From Candidatus Obscuribacteraceae bacterium (lineage in GTDB: Bacteria; Cyanobacteriota; Vampirovibrionia; Obscuribacterales; Obscuribacteraceae): 64,000 nucleotides of DNA. Each line of letters starts with the position of its first letter. Position 1 is the first letter of the stretch. Below are positions 19,035-29,300 of the stretch, in pieces. The position numbers and the translations under genes are program-made. The stretch is taken from positions 544,001 through 608,000 of the forward strand of contig JBGAHS010000003.1 of NCBI GenBank assembly GCA_044226015.1, written 5' to 3'. A model generated the notes under the pieces. That model made no database searches. It worked only from the letters and a program-made list of their open reading frames with translations, and was not told where the DNA came from.

Positions 19035-20471
19035 TTAGTTGGCGGAACCGCCAACCGTAACCTTGTCCATGCGGATGGACGGCATGCCGACGCCGACGGG
19101 GACGCCCTGGCCATTCTTGCCGCAGGTGCCGATGCCGGTGTCCAGAGCCATGTTGTTGCCCACCATGGACACATTGTGAAGCGACTTCGGCCCATTGCCG
19201 ATGAGCGTCGCACCCTTGACCATGCGCGTGAGCTGACCATTTTCGATCAGCCACGCACAAGTAGCCGTGAAGGTGTAATCACCGTTGGTGATGTTCACCT
19301 GTCCACCGCCAAAAGTCTCCGCGTACAGTCCGTACTTGACCGAGCGGATGATTTCGTCGTGAGTGTGTTGCCCGCCCGACATGAACGTGTTCGTCATGCG
19401 GGGCATGGGGACGTGCCGGTAGCTCTCGCGCCGACCGTTGCCGGTGAGCGCCGCCTTCATGAGGGTGGCGTTCTGCCGGTCCTGCATGTAGCCGACGAGC
19501 CGCCCGTTCTCGATGAGCGTCGTGGTGCCGGTCGGCGTGCCTTCGTCATCGAAGTTGAGCGAGCCACGGCGATTCGCCATGGTGCCATCATCGACAACCG
19601 TGACGAGCGGCGAGGCGACCTGCTGGCCCATCAGGCTCGAGAAAGCCGACGAACCCTTGCGGTTGAAGTCACCTTCCAGCCCGTGCCCGACCGCCTCGTG
19701 GATGAGGACGCCCGGCCAGCCGTTGCCCAGCACAACCGTCATCTCGCCGGCGGGAGCCGCCACAGCGGACAGCATGTCCACCGCCTGCTTCGCAGCAGTG
19801 TTGGCGTGATACTTCCACATGGAGTCCGCGGCGAGCGCCGAGAATTCCATGCGACCACCGCCACCAGAGCCGCCGTTCTCACGACGCTCACCTTCAGCAG
19901 CGATGCAGCCGACGTTCAGGCGCACAAGCGGGCGCCGGTCGTGGAGCAGACCACCAAGGCTGTTGGCGATGATGATCTCGTAGTCCTCGGCGGTGATACT
20001 GACCGAGACGTTCTCGATGCGCGAGTCGTAGGCACGAGCTTCGGCATCGATCTTGGTGAGCAGCGCAATGCGATCGAGCAACCCGACGGTGGTCGGCGAG
20101 ATGCCGATGTCGTAAAGGTTCAGGGTCGGCGGATTCGCAGCGACCGGCTCGGTCACGACGCCGTTGGAGTAGTTCGCGATGGCACGAGCGATGGTCGCTG
20201 CCTTGCGAAGGTTCTCGATGGTGACGTAGTCGGTGAACGAGTAGCCGACCTTGTCGCCGATGACGACGCGGACGCCAGCGCCATTGACGATGTCGCGCGA
20301 GGTGGACTTGAGCTGCTGCTGGTCATAAGCGAGCGATTCGCTGCTACCAGCCTGGAAGTAGATGTCACAGTAGGCGCCCGGCTGACCATGAATGGCCTGA
20401 GCCATGACGCTTTCGACCTGATCGGTGCTGAGACCGAAGAGACGATGAAGATCTTTTGCAACGTTACGCAT
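19035..20471 (-). CDS. tldD: Metalloprotease TldD
   Basis: IHEAVGHGLEGDFNRKG, PMPRMTNT, GTCGKNGQGVPVGVG. Confidence 0.97.
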   Translation of the reverse strand: MRNVAKDLHRLFGLSTDQVESVMAQAIHGQPGAYCDIYFQAGSSESLAYDQQQLKSTSRDIVNGAGVRVVIGDKVGYSFTDYVTIENLRKAATIARAIANYSNGVVTEPVAANPPTLNLYDIGISPTTVGLLDRIALLTKIDAEARAYDSRIENVSVSITAEDYEIIIANSLGGLLHDRRPLVRLNVGCIAAEGERRENGGSGGGGRMEFSALAADSMWKYHANTAAKQAVDMLSAVAAPAGEMTVVLGNGWPGVLIHEAVGHGLEGDFNRKGSSAFSSLMGQQVASPLVTVVDDGTMANRRGSLNFDDEGTPTGTTTLIENGRLVGYMQDRQNATLMKAALTGNGRRESYRHVPMPRMTNTFMSGGQHTHDEIIRSVKYGLYAETFGGGQVNITNGDYTFTATCAWLIENGQLTRMVKGATLIGNGPKSLHNVSMVGNNMALDTGIGTCGKNGQGVPVGVGMPSIRMDKVTVGGSAN

Positions 20472-20494
20472 GATTTTCTCCTAGTTTCTCCTGG

Positions 20495-21327
20495 GTTAGA
20501 GATTCAATTGCGCATCTAACGAGAGACGCGCGTAAGGAACTGAGCAGCTAAATCCGAGATGGATTTCAGAGCGGCTCTATACCAAGCTCACCAACGACCC
20601 GAGAATATGACAGAACTCAATATTGAGGGCAGATTCTCCGGGTGGGTTGGGGAAATGGGTAACGAATTCACCCTGACAATATCCGGACCCCATATCAATG
20701 CACCCACGAGCACATGGACGAATTCTAATACCTACTGCCTCAGCCCTACCACTCCGTGCCACCGAGCATTGCACCCTTCCTGAGACGGCACTCACCACAG
20801 TCCCAACCACCAATACGTATAGCGCCTCTCCGCTAAGCCCGACGTGCTTGACATGAGCGAGTGCACACGAGCGACTGTGGTATGCCACTGTCCGCATGGG
20901 ATACAGCCGAGTAGTCCGCCACCACCAGTTCGCACAAAGGCTATGTGCATGGTGATCACGGGACACTCCCAGGCTACACCGAACCAGGTGAATGCTGCCC
21001 TGAAGTGGTGAGCAGAGAAACGCCATACACCCTACAGGATGCATGCACCTCACATCATACCGAAGGGGGTCAGAGTCGAGTGCCCAGTTCGGATTCGGCA
21101 TGGGTCCGAGTCAAGTGCCCAGTTCGGATTCGGCATGGGTCCGAGTCAAGTGCCCAGTCCGGATCTGGCCATCCGTGCCCTCCTTTGTCCCAAGGCGCTA
21201 AGACCGAGCCCCTGATGTCGTCTACAAGCGGTGTCCCTCAGCCGCTCGATGAGGCGCCGACGAGGGAGAAATCAAAAACAGGAGCAGTCAACATGACACC
21301 ATATACGGTGGCACGCATCCACTCCTG
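20495..21327 (-). ncRNA. Candidate large structured non-coding RNA / 5' leader of tldD-pmbA (no family recognised)
   Basis: At least 12 hand-identified stems, several nested, with G-U pairs that work on the minus strand; no credible ORF. Confidence 0.6.
21073..21163. repeat. 35-bp tandem repeat, about 2.6 copies
   Basis: gagtc(g/a)agtgcccagttcggattcggcatgggtcc starting at 21073, 21108 and (partial) 21143. Confidence 0.95.
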
Positions 21328-21428
21328 AAGTCCAGAATATTTGAAAACGCCCCAGGGTATAGCATTTCAAACTCTTTTCAGAAACGGCAAATATACTCGT
21401 TTGCGGTTAGGGCAAAAGGGTTTTAAAA

Positions 21429-22004
21429 ATGAGCATTATCAATCGGGTTTACGTCGATGATCTAATCGATACCTATTTCGAGATGGGCTGCAATGCGCTT
21501 GAACAAAAGCAATATGCTATTGCTCAAAAAATGTTCAAAGCTGTATTCGACGAGCCGAGTTCAAAAGTTCAAAAGGAAAGGCTGATGCTTCCTCTCCTCA
21601 TTAAATCGGCAGAGGCGCATGAAGGGCTTAAACAGCTGTATAAGGCGAAACTCCTATACATTCGAGCCCTCGCACAGCGAAAGAAGCTAATGCTTGCTGA
21701 TGATATGCAAGCTGTAGAAATACTGCTGCGCCTGGCTCATCTAACTGCCAGACAGGGTCTATACAAGCAAGCCCTCGACTTCGCCCTGGAAGGTTTCGAA
21801 ATTTATCGTCGATGCATGGACAAAGATGCAATTGAATTTGTAAAAGCACTACGCCCTGTAGAAAACATCATGATGCTCAAGGGGCGAGCCGTTGAGCGCG
21901 AAAAGCTGCTTGGTGTTCTTCAGTGTGTTAAGAACGAAGCCCTGCAAAGTATTCCTAACATTCCTGGCTTTGTTCCAAGCCTTCCAGTAGCTGTTTCAAT
22001 GTAA
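21429..22004 (+). CDS. TPR-like protein
   Basis: Helical repeats with YxxA..LYxRAL pattern. Confidence 0.7.
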   Translation: MSIINRVYVDDLIDTYFEMGCNALEQKQYAIAQKMFKAVFDEPSSKVQKERLMLPLLIKSAEAHEGLKQLYKAKLLYIRALAQRKKLMLADDMQAVEILLRLAHLTARQGLYKQALDFALEGFEIYRRCMDKDAIEFVKALRPVENIMMLKGRAVEREKLLGVLQCVKNEALQSIPNIPGFVPSLPVAVSM

Positions 22005-22076
22005 TCAAAAGTACTTGAATCGACCGATGATATGGGTGAAAATTGCTTACTTCCCCATTTCAAAGGTCTTTTCATC

Positions 22077-22622
22077 ATGCGCAGTCAGTTACTGATCACA
22101 TCAATCGGTGAGGATCGTCCCGGAATAGTGGCTCACATTACCGAGGTATTTGTCGCTCACGGAGCAAACCTAGAAGAGAGCCGAATGGCGATTCTTGGGG
22201 GCGATTTCGCAGCAATTATGCTAGTTAGCATACCTTCCGAAAAAGTTCCTGGGCTGGAAAAAAACCTTGCTAAGTTGCAGAGTGAAGGAATTTCGGTTAC
22301 TTGTCGCAACACCGAGGCGCATGATGCATCAAAGTTCAAGAATTACGCCACTTGCGAAATACTGCTGAAAGGCGCTGACCATGAGGGAATTGTTCACTCA
22401 GTGTCATCACGATTGAAAGAATTGAAGATTAATATCCAGAGCGTTGAAACGATGCTTGTTCATGCGCCTGTCACAGGCTCACCTTTGTTTCAACTCAAGG
22501 CTCTGATTCAAGTACCACCCTCGATTTCGCAGAAAGAACTTGAGAACATTTTGGATAAGATTGCTGAGCAAGAGACGGTCGATATCGATCTTAAGCCGGT
22601 AAAGGACAGCGTTCCTGCATAA
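22077..22622 (+). CDS. Double-ACT-domain protein, GcvR-like
   Basis: GEDRPGIVA and GADHEGIVH ACT signatures; NLEESRMAILGGDFA. Confidence 0.88.
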   Translation: MRSQLLITSIGEDRPGIVAHITEVFVAHGANLEESRMAILGGDFAAIMLVSIPSEKVPGLEKNLAKLQSEGISVTCRNTEAHDASKFKNYATCEILLKGADHEGIVHSVSSRLKELKINIQSVETMLVHAPVTGSPLFQLKALIQVPPSISQKELENILDKIAEQETVDIDLKPVKDSVPA

Positions 22623-22684
22623 TTGAACTGTCACAGTTCGCGATTCAGCGGGTAATATTAGGCAAGTAATGGAGCCTTGCTGCA

Positions 22685-24022
22685 ATGCAACTTGCTGGTG
22701 AACTCTCAAAAATGAATCTCGCAAGCCTCATCAGGCTTGTGAGAAATGGCGAGCTTACTGGTAAAATTTGTATTGCTCAGGGTGTGAATTCCGCCTTCAT
22801 TTTCTTTGAAAACGGGCAACCGATTCATGTGGAATCTGACCGTGGCATTGGAAGGCGCGCTTTATTGGAGCTTTTCGCCTGGCAGACAGGTACGTTTTCG
22901 TACGTTGAATGTGATGTTAGCGAGCAAGCACATTCAATGGCATCCGATGAGCCTCTGGAAAAACTTCTCAAGGAAGGGCTTGCGTTCCAAGACTCATTGC
23001 GCTACCTCGAGCAGTTGAGAGTAAATGCGCGAACCATTTTTCGCCAATCACGCAGTGAAAAAAGTGACGCATTTCTTTCTTGTTTCGACGGAACGAATTC
23101 GCTGGCAGACGTGGTGAGAATACTCAGCCTGAGCAGGAGCGAGTACGTCCCTCTTCTTCACAAAGCACTTGTGGACGGAAAACTAGTTGTAAGTGAAACA
23201 GCTCAGAAAGCGGGTGAAATCAAACTTCCTGATTGGGTTATTTTGAGACTAAAGCAAGAGAATCTTGATGTTTCACAAGCAATTGTCGACCTCGTGGTTT
23301 GGGCTGACCGAGTCAAATGCTGGCTCTATCAGGCTGATGTTGATATGCATCGCATAATCACAAAATTTGATGAGGGTGAAGAGCAAAACGAGCCAGAGAC
23401 CCGAGAGGACAATTCAAACTCACAAGATTATACTCAAGCTGCATACGAAGCCGAAGAGGCAGCTGAGTATCCGCATACTGAGCCGACCGAGCCAACTTTC
23501 GAGCAGAGAAGCTCCGGAGATTTTTCCGACCAGCCATGGAATATACCACCTGGACAGTCTGATGCATTTTTAGAAGACAACACCGAGCAACCGTGGTCCG
23601 AGCCTCCGCCGGAGCTATCTGGCGCATTGCCGCATGCCGCTCCGTTGCACCCGTCGCAAGCTTGGTTCGACAGCGTTTCAGAACTAGACGATCCGGTCCC
23701 TGTGCCAGTGCAAGACCCTCCATCGCAAATTCAAGACACAGTTGAATCCGGCTTACAGCCTAGACAGAATTCGGCTGCCGTTCATGCCAAAATTCCTTTG
23801 CGAGGAGATTCGTCAAGCGCGATACCTTCGCTGAGAAATTCAATGCCGGTAAAAATTCCGCTACGGGGATCTGAGCAAACAGCGAGTCCACCACTGCCAA
23901 AACCTCCTTCAAGACCGCAGGCTCCAGTTCCGCCGAGCAAGCCAACACCGCCCAATCGACCCGATAGAACCAAGCCCTCTGCGCCAGCAAAAGTTGCGCA
24001 GCCACCTAGCTATGATTTTTAA
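22685..24022 (+). CDS. DUF4388/PatA-N domain protein with acidic Pro-rich tail
   Basis: LAGELSKMNLASLI...IFFENGQPIH...G..ALLELFAWQTGTFSY. Confidence 0.8.
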   Translation: MQLAGELSKMNLASLIRLVRNGELTGKICIAQGVNSAFIFFENGQPIHVESDRGIGRRALLELFAWQTGTFSYVECDVSEQAHSMASDEPLEKLLKEGLAFQDSLRYLEQLRVNARTIFRQSRSEKSDAFLSCFDGTNSLADVVRILSLSRSEYVPLLHKALVDGKLVVSETAQKAGEIKLPDWVILRLKQENLDVSQAIVDLVVWADRVKCWLYQADVDMHRIITKFDEGEEQNEPETREDNSNSQDYTQAAYEAEEAAEYPHTEPTEPTFEQRSSGDFSDQPWNIPPGQSDAFLEDNTEQPWSEPPPELSGALPHAAPLHPSQAWFDSVSELDDPVPVPVQDPPSQIQDTVESGLQPRQNSAAVHAKIPLRGDSSSAIPSLRNSMPVKIPLRGSEQTASPPLPKPPSRPQAPVPPSKPTPPNRPDRTKPSAPAKVAQPPSYDF

Positions 24023-24822
24023 GCCTTCGCCACAGCGTCAACCAGATTTCTGACTTTTCCGATATCAACTGGGTTTTCCAAAATACCCTGGCGTTTTACA
24101 GAACTGGCAACGATAATTCCATTCGCGATGTTTAGTAGCTCTGCAACATTGTCCTTGTTGCTTCCGCTTCCCACTAAGATTGGCGTAGATGGAAGAGTTT
24201 CGCGAACAGCTTGAATGTCAGCGAGGTTTGGCGCAGCGCCAGTCGCCTGCCCGGTTACGATAATCGCATCTGCGAGTGCTCGTTTTACTGTATCGGCAGC
24301 TTGCATTTTGATATCAGACCACTGTCCTAGCGGGACGGCGTGCTTGACCATGACGTCCGCGAAGACTTTCACTTTCTTTTCTAGCCCGAGCTGCCTGCGA
24401 TAGAGCATGAGTTCATGAGCTTCGCCTTCAATGATGCCCTGGTCGCACAACATTGCACCGCTGAGAACATTTACTCGAATAAACTGAGCATCTACAACTC
24501 CCGCAATTGCTAAGGCAGTTCTCGCATCATTCCTCAAGACATTGATTCCCAGGGGCAGTCCTGAGATTGCTTTTACTCTTTGCGCTGCGATAGTCATTGC
24601 GCAGGCTGTCGAAGTGTCGACACGTCCTTTGGTAAACGGTACATCAAAGAAGTTCTCAATAATGATGCCGTTGACTCCGCCGCTAGCAAGCGATGCTGCT
24701 TCCTGTTCTGCTCGCTCGAATGCTATGTCCAGCTGTCCGTTGAAGCCAGGCGAACCCGGCATCGCGAGAAGGTGAATTACTCCAATGACTGGTTTCTTGG
24801 CGCCAAAAAGTTCTTCGATCAT
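24019..24822 (-). CDS. btpA: BtpA/SgcQ family TIM-barrel protein
   Basis: IGVIHLLAMPGSP, ENFFDVPF, GINVLRND, ADVMVKHA, VTGQATG. Confidence 0.92.
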   Translation of the reverse strand: MIEELFGAKKPVIGVIHLLAMPGSPGFNGQLDIAFERAEQEAASLASGGVNGIIIENFFDVPFTKGRVDTSTACAMTIAAQRVKAISGLPLGINVLRNDARTALAIAGVVDAQFIRVNVLSGAMLCDQGIIEGEAHELMLYRRQLGLEKKVKVFADVMVKHAVPLGQWSDIKMQAADTVKRALADAIIVTGQATGAAPNLADIQAVRETLPSTPILVGSGSNKDNVAELLNIANGIIVASSVKRQGILENPVDIGKVRNLVDAVAKA

Positions 24823-24940
24823 GTTAAAACCCTCAAGGTATGCAGCATACCAGGCAGCACATCGCTTGACCATTGCTTCTGGCTTATGTAAAGATCATCG
24901 GCTATCACGAAAGCGAATACTGGCAACAGGAAGAAAAGAC

Positions 24941-26047
24941 ATGTCGAAAATGGCTCTGGTCCACAAGGAAGAGTTTCAACGTCACTTGACCCCCGAATCT
25001 CATCCGGAATCACCTCAGCGTCTAAAAGCCATTGACGAAGCTTTGCATCGCTCTGAGTTGCTGCAGTCAATGCCTCGCATCGAGCCGGTAGCTGCAAATG
25101 CTACTGAGCTGGCTTCGGTTCACACGGCAGCTTACATCGATGAGCTTGAAACAAAGGGCGAGCAGGCGCAAAAGAACGGAACATTGCTTCGCCTTGACCC
25201 GGACACATGGATGAGCGCCGAGTCTTATTACACCGCAAAACTGGCGGCAGGTGCTGGGCTAGAAGCGGTTCGCGGAGTTCTGAAAGCCGGGTACAACCGC
25301 GCCTTTGTTGTCGTACGTCCCCCCGGGCACCATGCGCTTCCGGACGCTCCAATGGGATTTTGTCTTTTCAACAACGTAGCGATTGCAGCCAGACAAGCGC
25401 AAAAACAGTTCGGCTTGAAACGAGTGATGATCATCGACTGGGACGTGCATCATGGAAATGGCACACAAGACATGTTTTATGATGACCCTTCTGTGCTGTT
25501 TGTGTCATTCCACCAGTTTCCTTTCTGGCCGCCTGACCTTGGCTGGTATACACAGGATGGCAACGGTGAGGGAAAGGGCTACAACCTCAACATTCCGTTG
25601 CCCGCCGGCACAGGCGACCGAGGTTATTTGCACGCTTGGGATCAGCTAGTTAAACCAGTCTGCCAGGAATTTGCGCCCGAACTTATTTTGCTGTCTGCTG
25701 GTTATGATGCGCACCAGGCCGACCCACTTGGCCAGCAGCAAATTTCTACCCGGGGTTATTTCATGCTCGCTAACCGTTTGGCAGATCTGGCTGAGTCAGT
25801 AAATGCACCAATTATCGGTTTTCTCGAAGGTGGATATAACACTAGAAGCCTCGCTGATTCCGTTGTTGCCACAGTTAAAGTGCTCAATTCGCAATCTGTT
25901 GCTGAAAGGGAGAACATTCAAGCCTTCGCCGGAATTTATGGCGCTGAAGTTAGCCCCGCAACAAAAGACAGAAATAGCCAGATGGTGGACGAGAGAATCA
26001 ACGACATAAAACGGCACTTCGCGAAATACTGGAGTTGCTATCGCTGA
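24941..26047 (+). CDS. Histone deacetylase family (Zn-dependent) protein
   Basis: HPESPQRL, RPPGHHA, GFCLFNN, DWDVHHGNGTQ, SAGYDAH, LEGGY. Confidence 0.95.
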   Translation: MSKMALVHKEEFQRHLTPESHPESPQRLKAIDEALHRSELLQSMPRIEPVAANATELASVHTAAYIDELETKGEQAQKNGTLLRLDPDTWMSAESYYTAKLAAGAGLEAVRGVLKAGYNRAFVVVRPPGHHALPDAPMGFCLFNNVAIAARQAQKQFGLKRVMIIDWDVHHGNGTQDMFYDDPSVLFVSFHQFPFWPPDLGWYTQDGNGEGKGYNLNIPLPAGTGDRGYLHAWDQLVKPVCQEFAPELILLSAGYDAHQADPLGQQQISTRGYFMLANRLADLAESVNAPIIGFLEGGYNTRSLADSVVATVKVLNSQSVAERENIQAFAGIYGAEVSPATKDRNSQMVDERINDIKRHFAKYWSCYR

Positions 26048-26345
26048 GCAATCCAACCTGAGATTGTCCAAAAAAGCAATGCGCAAAAACCTATCGGTCG
26101 ATCCAGGTCGAATAGTCAGTTCAACTTTCCCGAACTGAAAAGCTTGGTGCGTTTCCAATCCTTGAACAGATGGATCGCAGAGAGAGATTCCGCCCAACAC
26201 GCTAGCACACCATCACGAATCTTATCGACTAACGCTAATGTTGCCGCTAACCCTTAGGATTGTCGGCAACCGCAAAAGCATGACCTGCTTTAATCTACAA
26301 GAACATTAACGTGAACACATGTGTTCACAGTTGCCAAGTTTCACG

Positions 26346-29300
26346 CTAGAAAGTACCAGCTAGTACAGTGAGCATTCGCTCTGGATGCAAGTACTTTTGG
26401 ATGACTTGATCCACATCGGTTTTCCGGACAGAAAGAAGCCGTTCAACATGGCGATCAACTCCCTCGACACCCAGACCAATAACTTCAAACCGGGTGAGAA
26501 CTCTGGCAATAGCCATGGAAGATCTCATGGACACGGTAAAGAGTCCGGCCGCGCCAGTAGCTTCGCGCTGAAGTTCATCGTTGCTAATTCCAGTTTTCTT
26601 GTAATTATTGAGGACCTCTGACACAAGAGAAAGGGCTCGGCTAGCATTCTGCGGATTCACACTGAGTGAAACTGTCCAGGGTGCAGCACCATGAACATTG
26701 TCTCCAAGTCCAGAATAAATGCCGTAGGTCAATCCATTTTCTTCGCGCACACATTTGCCCAGGCGCGCAATAATCGTGTCGCCCCCCAGCGCCAGATTCG
26801 CCAGATGCAAGGGATAGAATTCAGCATCTTTGCGTTTTATTGGCAGGGGATATCCCATCAAAATATCCATGCTCGATTTATCTGGCATCCTGATTTCAAT
26901 ACGCTTTCCTTCAGCTGGCATATCGACAGGTGGAATTGAAATTTCCCTTGGAACTGGTCCTCTCCAATTGCCAAAAGTATTCTCAACATTTTCGAAAGCG
27001 GTATCGAATTCAATATCACCAACCACAGTAACAATTGCTCTAGCCGGGCTGTAAATTTCATGGAAAGAGCGCAAGTCTGATTGAGTTAACAATTGCATTT
27101 GAGCCGACTGCTCATCAAACTCAATCTGATGAAAAAGATGTCCATCAGGATAAAGCTCACGGTAAAGCCGATTCATCGCCATTGGACCAGTGTTGTTTTT
27201 CTGCTCCAGAATTCTCGCACTCCACTCTTGCTTCAATCTGTGCAATTCTGAATCCAGAAACAATGGTGTCCTCAAAACACGTGAAAGCAGTTGGAGATAA
27301 GTGCCAAAGTCTTCTTTTACAACAGTGTTTCCAAGGCTAGCCGCAAAGGCATCAGTATGTAAGTTGAGCCCCTCAGTCAACCCCAAATCCTTCAACGTAA
27401 ATGCGAGCTGCTCTTTGCTCAGCCCTTCAGATCCACGAGTCAACATTTCAGATACAACGTCGGCAACACCGTGTCTGTCCACAGGCTCAAAATAATTCCC
27501 AGCCGGAACATACATAGAAACTGCTATCGAACCCGTTCCAGGATTGTTCATGTAAATGAACCGCAAACCATTTTCTAGCTGGCGACTTTGCACTTGGGAC
27601 GAAAAGCTCGCCTTCTTAACAGCTTTTGCTGGCGATAGAATTTTGTCCAGCTCCTTGGCACTGAGAATCGGGACCTTTTTCTTTTTAGGAGCCTTGCCAC
27701 TGCTAACCGTTGCTTCTAACTCTTCTTCCTCTGAAGAATCAGCTCCGTGCTCGTGCTCGTCGTCATCACAACAATGTTCTTCTTCCAAAGAAGAAGGAAA
27801 GAAGCAACCAACAGTGCGATTTTCTTTTACCAGATAGTCGCTACTTACGCGACGTATGTCTTCCGGAGTGACGGCTTCAAACTTCTCATCGAACTCAGCT
27901 AACCATCGCCAGGTGTCGCGCGACTCAGCTTCACCCAAAGCAAAAGCCAATTCCATTTGGTCCGCTCTTGCGAGAATGCTTCCTTTACGGTTAGCGCTTC
28001 TTATCGGAGCCAACTCATCATCACCAACTAACTCTGTCTGAAGCTTTTCGAGCTCTCCAAGAATTATTTTTTCGACTTCAGCAGGCTCAGCATCTTGAGT
28101 CAAGGTAGCGGCAATGATCATCAAAGCGGGATCTCGGAGCTCATCATGGCGACAAGCAACATCCATTGTGAGTCCAGTATCCATAAGCGCCGTGTACAGA
28201 CGACTTCCTTTGTCGTGCGAACCTCCGAGAAGATGCGATACAACATTAATCGCATAATGATCCGCATGACTAGATGCAGGCGTTCTATGCCCAATCCAAA
28301 CTCGCTTAAGGTCACCGACTCGACTAACTTTGTATCTGCGCTCTCCTTCTTGCGAAGGTTCGCGAGTGTAGACTTCTGGTATCGGATGCGGTGAACCTGG
28401 AATCTTTCCGTAATATTTTTCCATCAGCTTCAAGGTCTTGTCGGTATCAAAGTCTCCGACAATGAGCACTGAGCAGTTATTAGGCCAATAGAAAACGTCA
28501 TAGAATGCTTTCAGACGCTCCATAGGAATGTTCTCTACATCAGACCGCCAGCCAATCGTTGGGTGATGATAGGGGTGCTCTCTGTAAGCAATAGCGTACA
28601 TCTCTTTTTCCATTGCTTCATCTGGACTATTTTCACCTCGCTCAAGCTCGTTTCGCACAACGGACATTTCAGCATCGCGATCACTTTCGCGCAGTTGCAA
28701 ATTACGCATGCGGTCAGCTTCTATCTTTATGCAAAACTCCAAATATTGAGCAGGTACAGCTTCGAAATAATTGGTTCTATCAAACCAGGTCGTTGCATTT
28801 GAAACTGCTCCGATACGATTAAGCAACTCGGTAGAATCGAGCCCATTTAGCGGGTCAAATTTCTTTGTCCCCTTGAACATCATATGCTCAAGGAAATGAG
28901 TTGCACCGGTGTGACCGACACCCTCGTCGCGACTACCAACCCGGAACAATTGCATGTACGTCACAACGGGTGCTGAATGATTCGGGGCCAAAATGACTTT
29001 CAATCCGTTAGCCAGACGGTACTCAGTCACACCCATTTGAGAGGCGCCAACCTGACTGATGGCCGGCACACTTTTCTTTGAACTTCTACTGGCCGTTTTT
29101 TTAGTAAGACCAGAAGCAGATTTTTGACCTTTTTTAGAGGTCTTTTTGCTATCGAATTTAGCGACAGATTTCTTCGCGCTGACCTTTTTGGAACTGGACT
29201 TTTTGCCAGCCTCTTTAGATGCAAGCTTTCGCGTCGTTGATTTTTTTGCTGACGTCTTCTTGCTTGCTACTTTTTTGATAGCTTTGGAATTTTGCTTCGC

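Noticed and set aside
18995..19240. N-terminal extensions in the ORF track (pmbA to 19240; also starts at 3568, 24785, 34796, 36518 and 62622)
   Set aside because: They overlap neighbours or lack homology; internal starts have clear RBSs
17759..20519. Long plus-strand ORFs (417 and 550 aa) opposite pmbA/tldD; likewise 57565-60024, 60098-61315, 33091-34179 and 1745-2668
   Set aside because: Antisense shadows of strongly codon-biased genes that avoid TTA/CTA/TCA; no recognisable motifs
20540..20935. Group II intron (GUGCG near 20935, GAGCCG near 20577 on the minus strand)
   Set aside because: The hairpin lacks domain V geometry (3' two-base bulge, GNRA loop); no domain VI or RT ORF
21073..21163. 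CRISPR array
   Set aside because: Units are contiguous with no spacers, and there are no cas genes in the window
20559..21328. ORFs of 74, 174 and 127 aa in the tldD upstream region (possible TldD/E substrate precursors)
   Set aside because: No convincing RBS or codon bias, atypical composition, and two overlap a 35-bp non-triplet repeat; a very short peptide cannot be excluded
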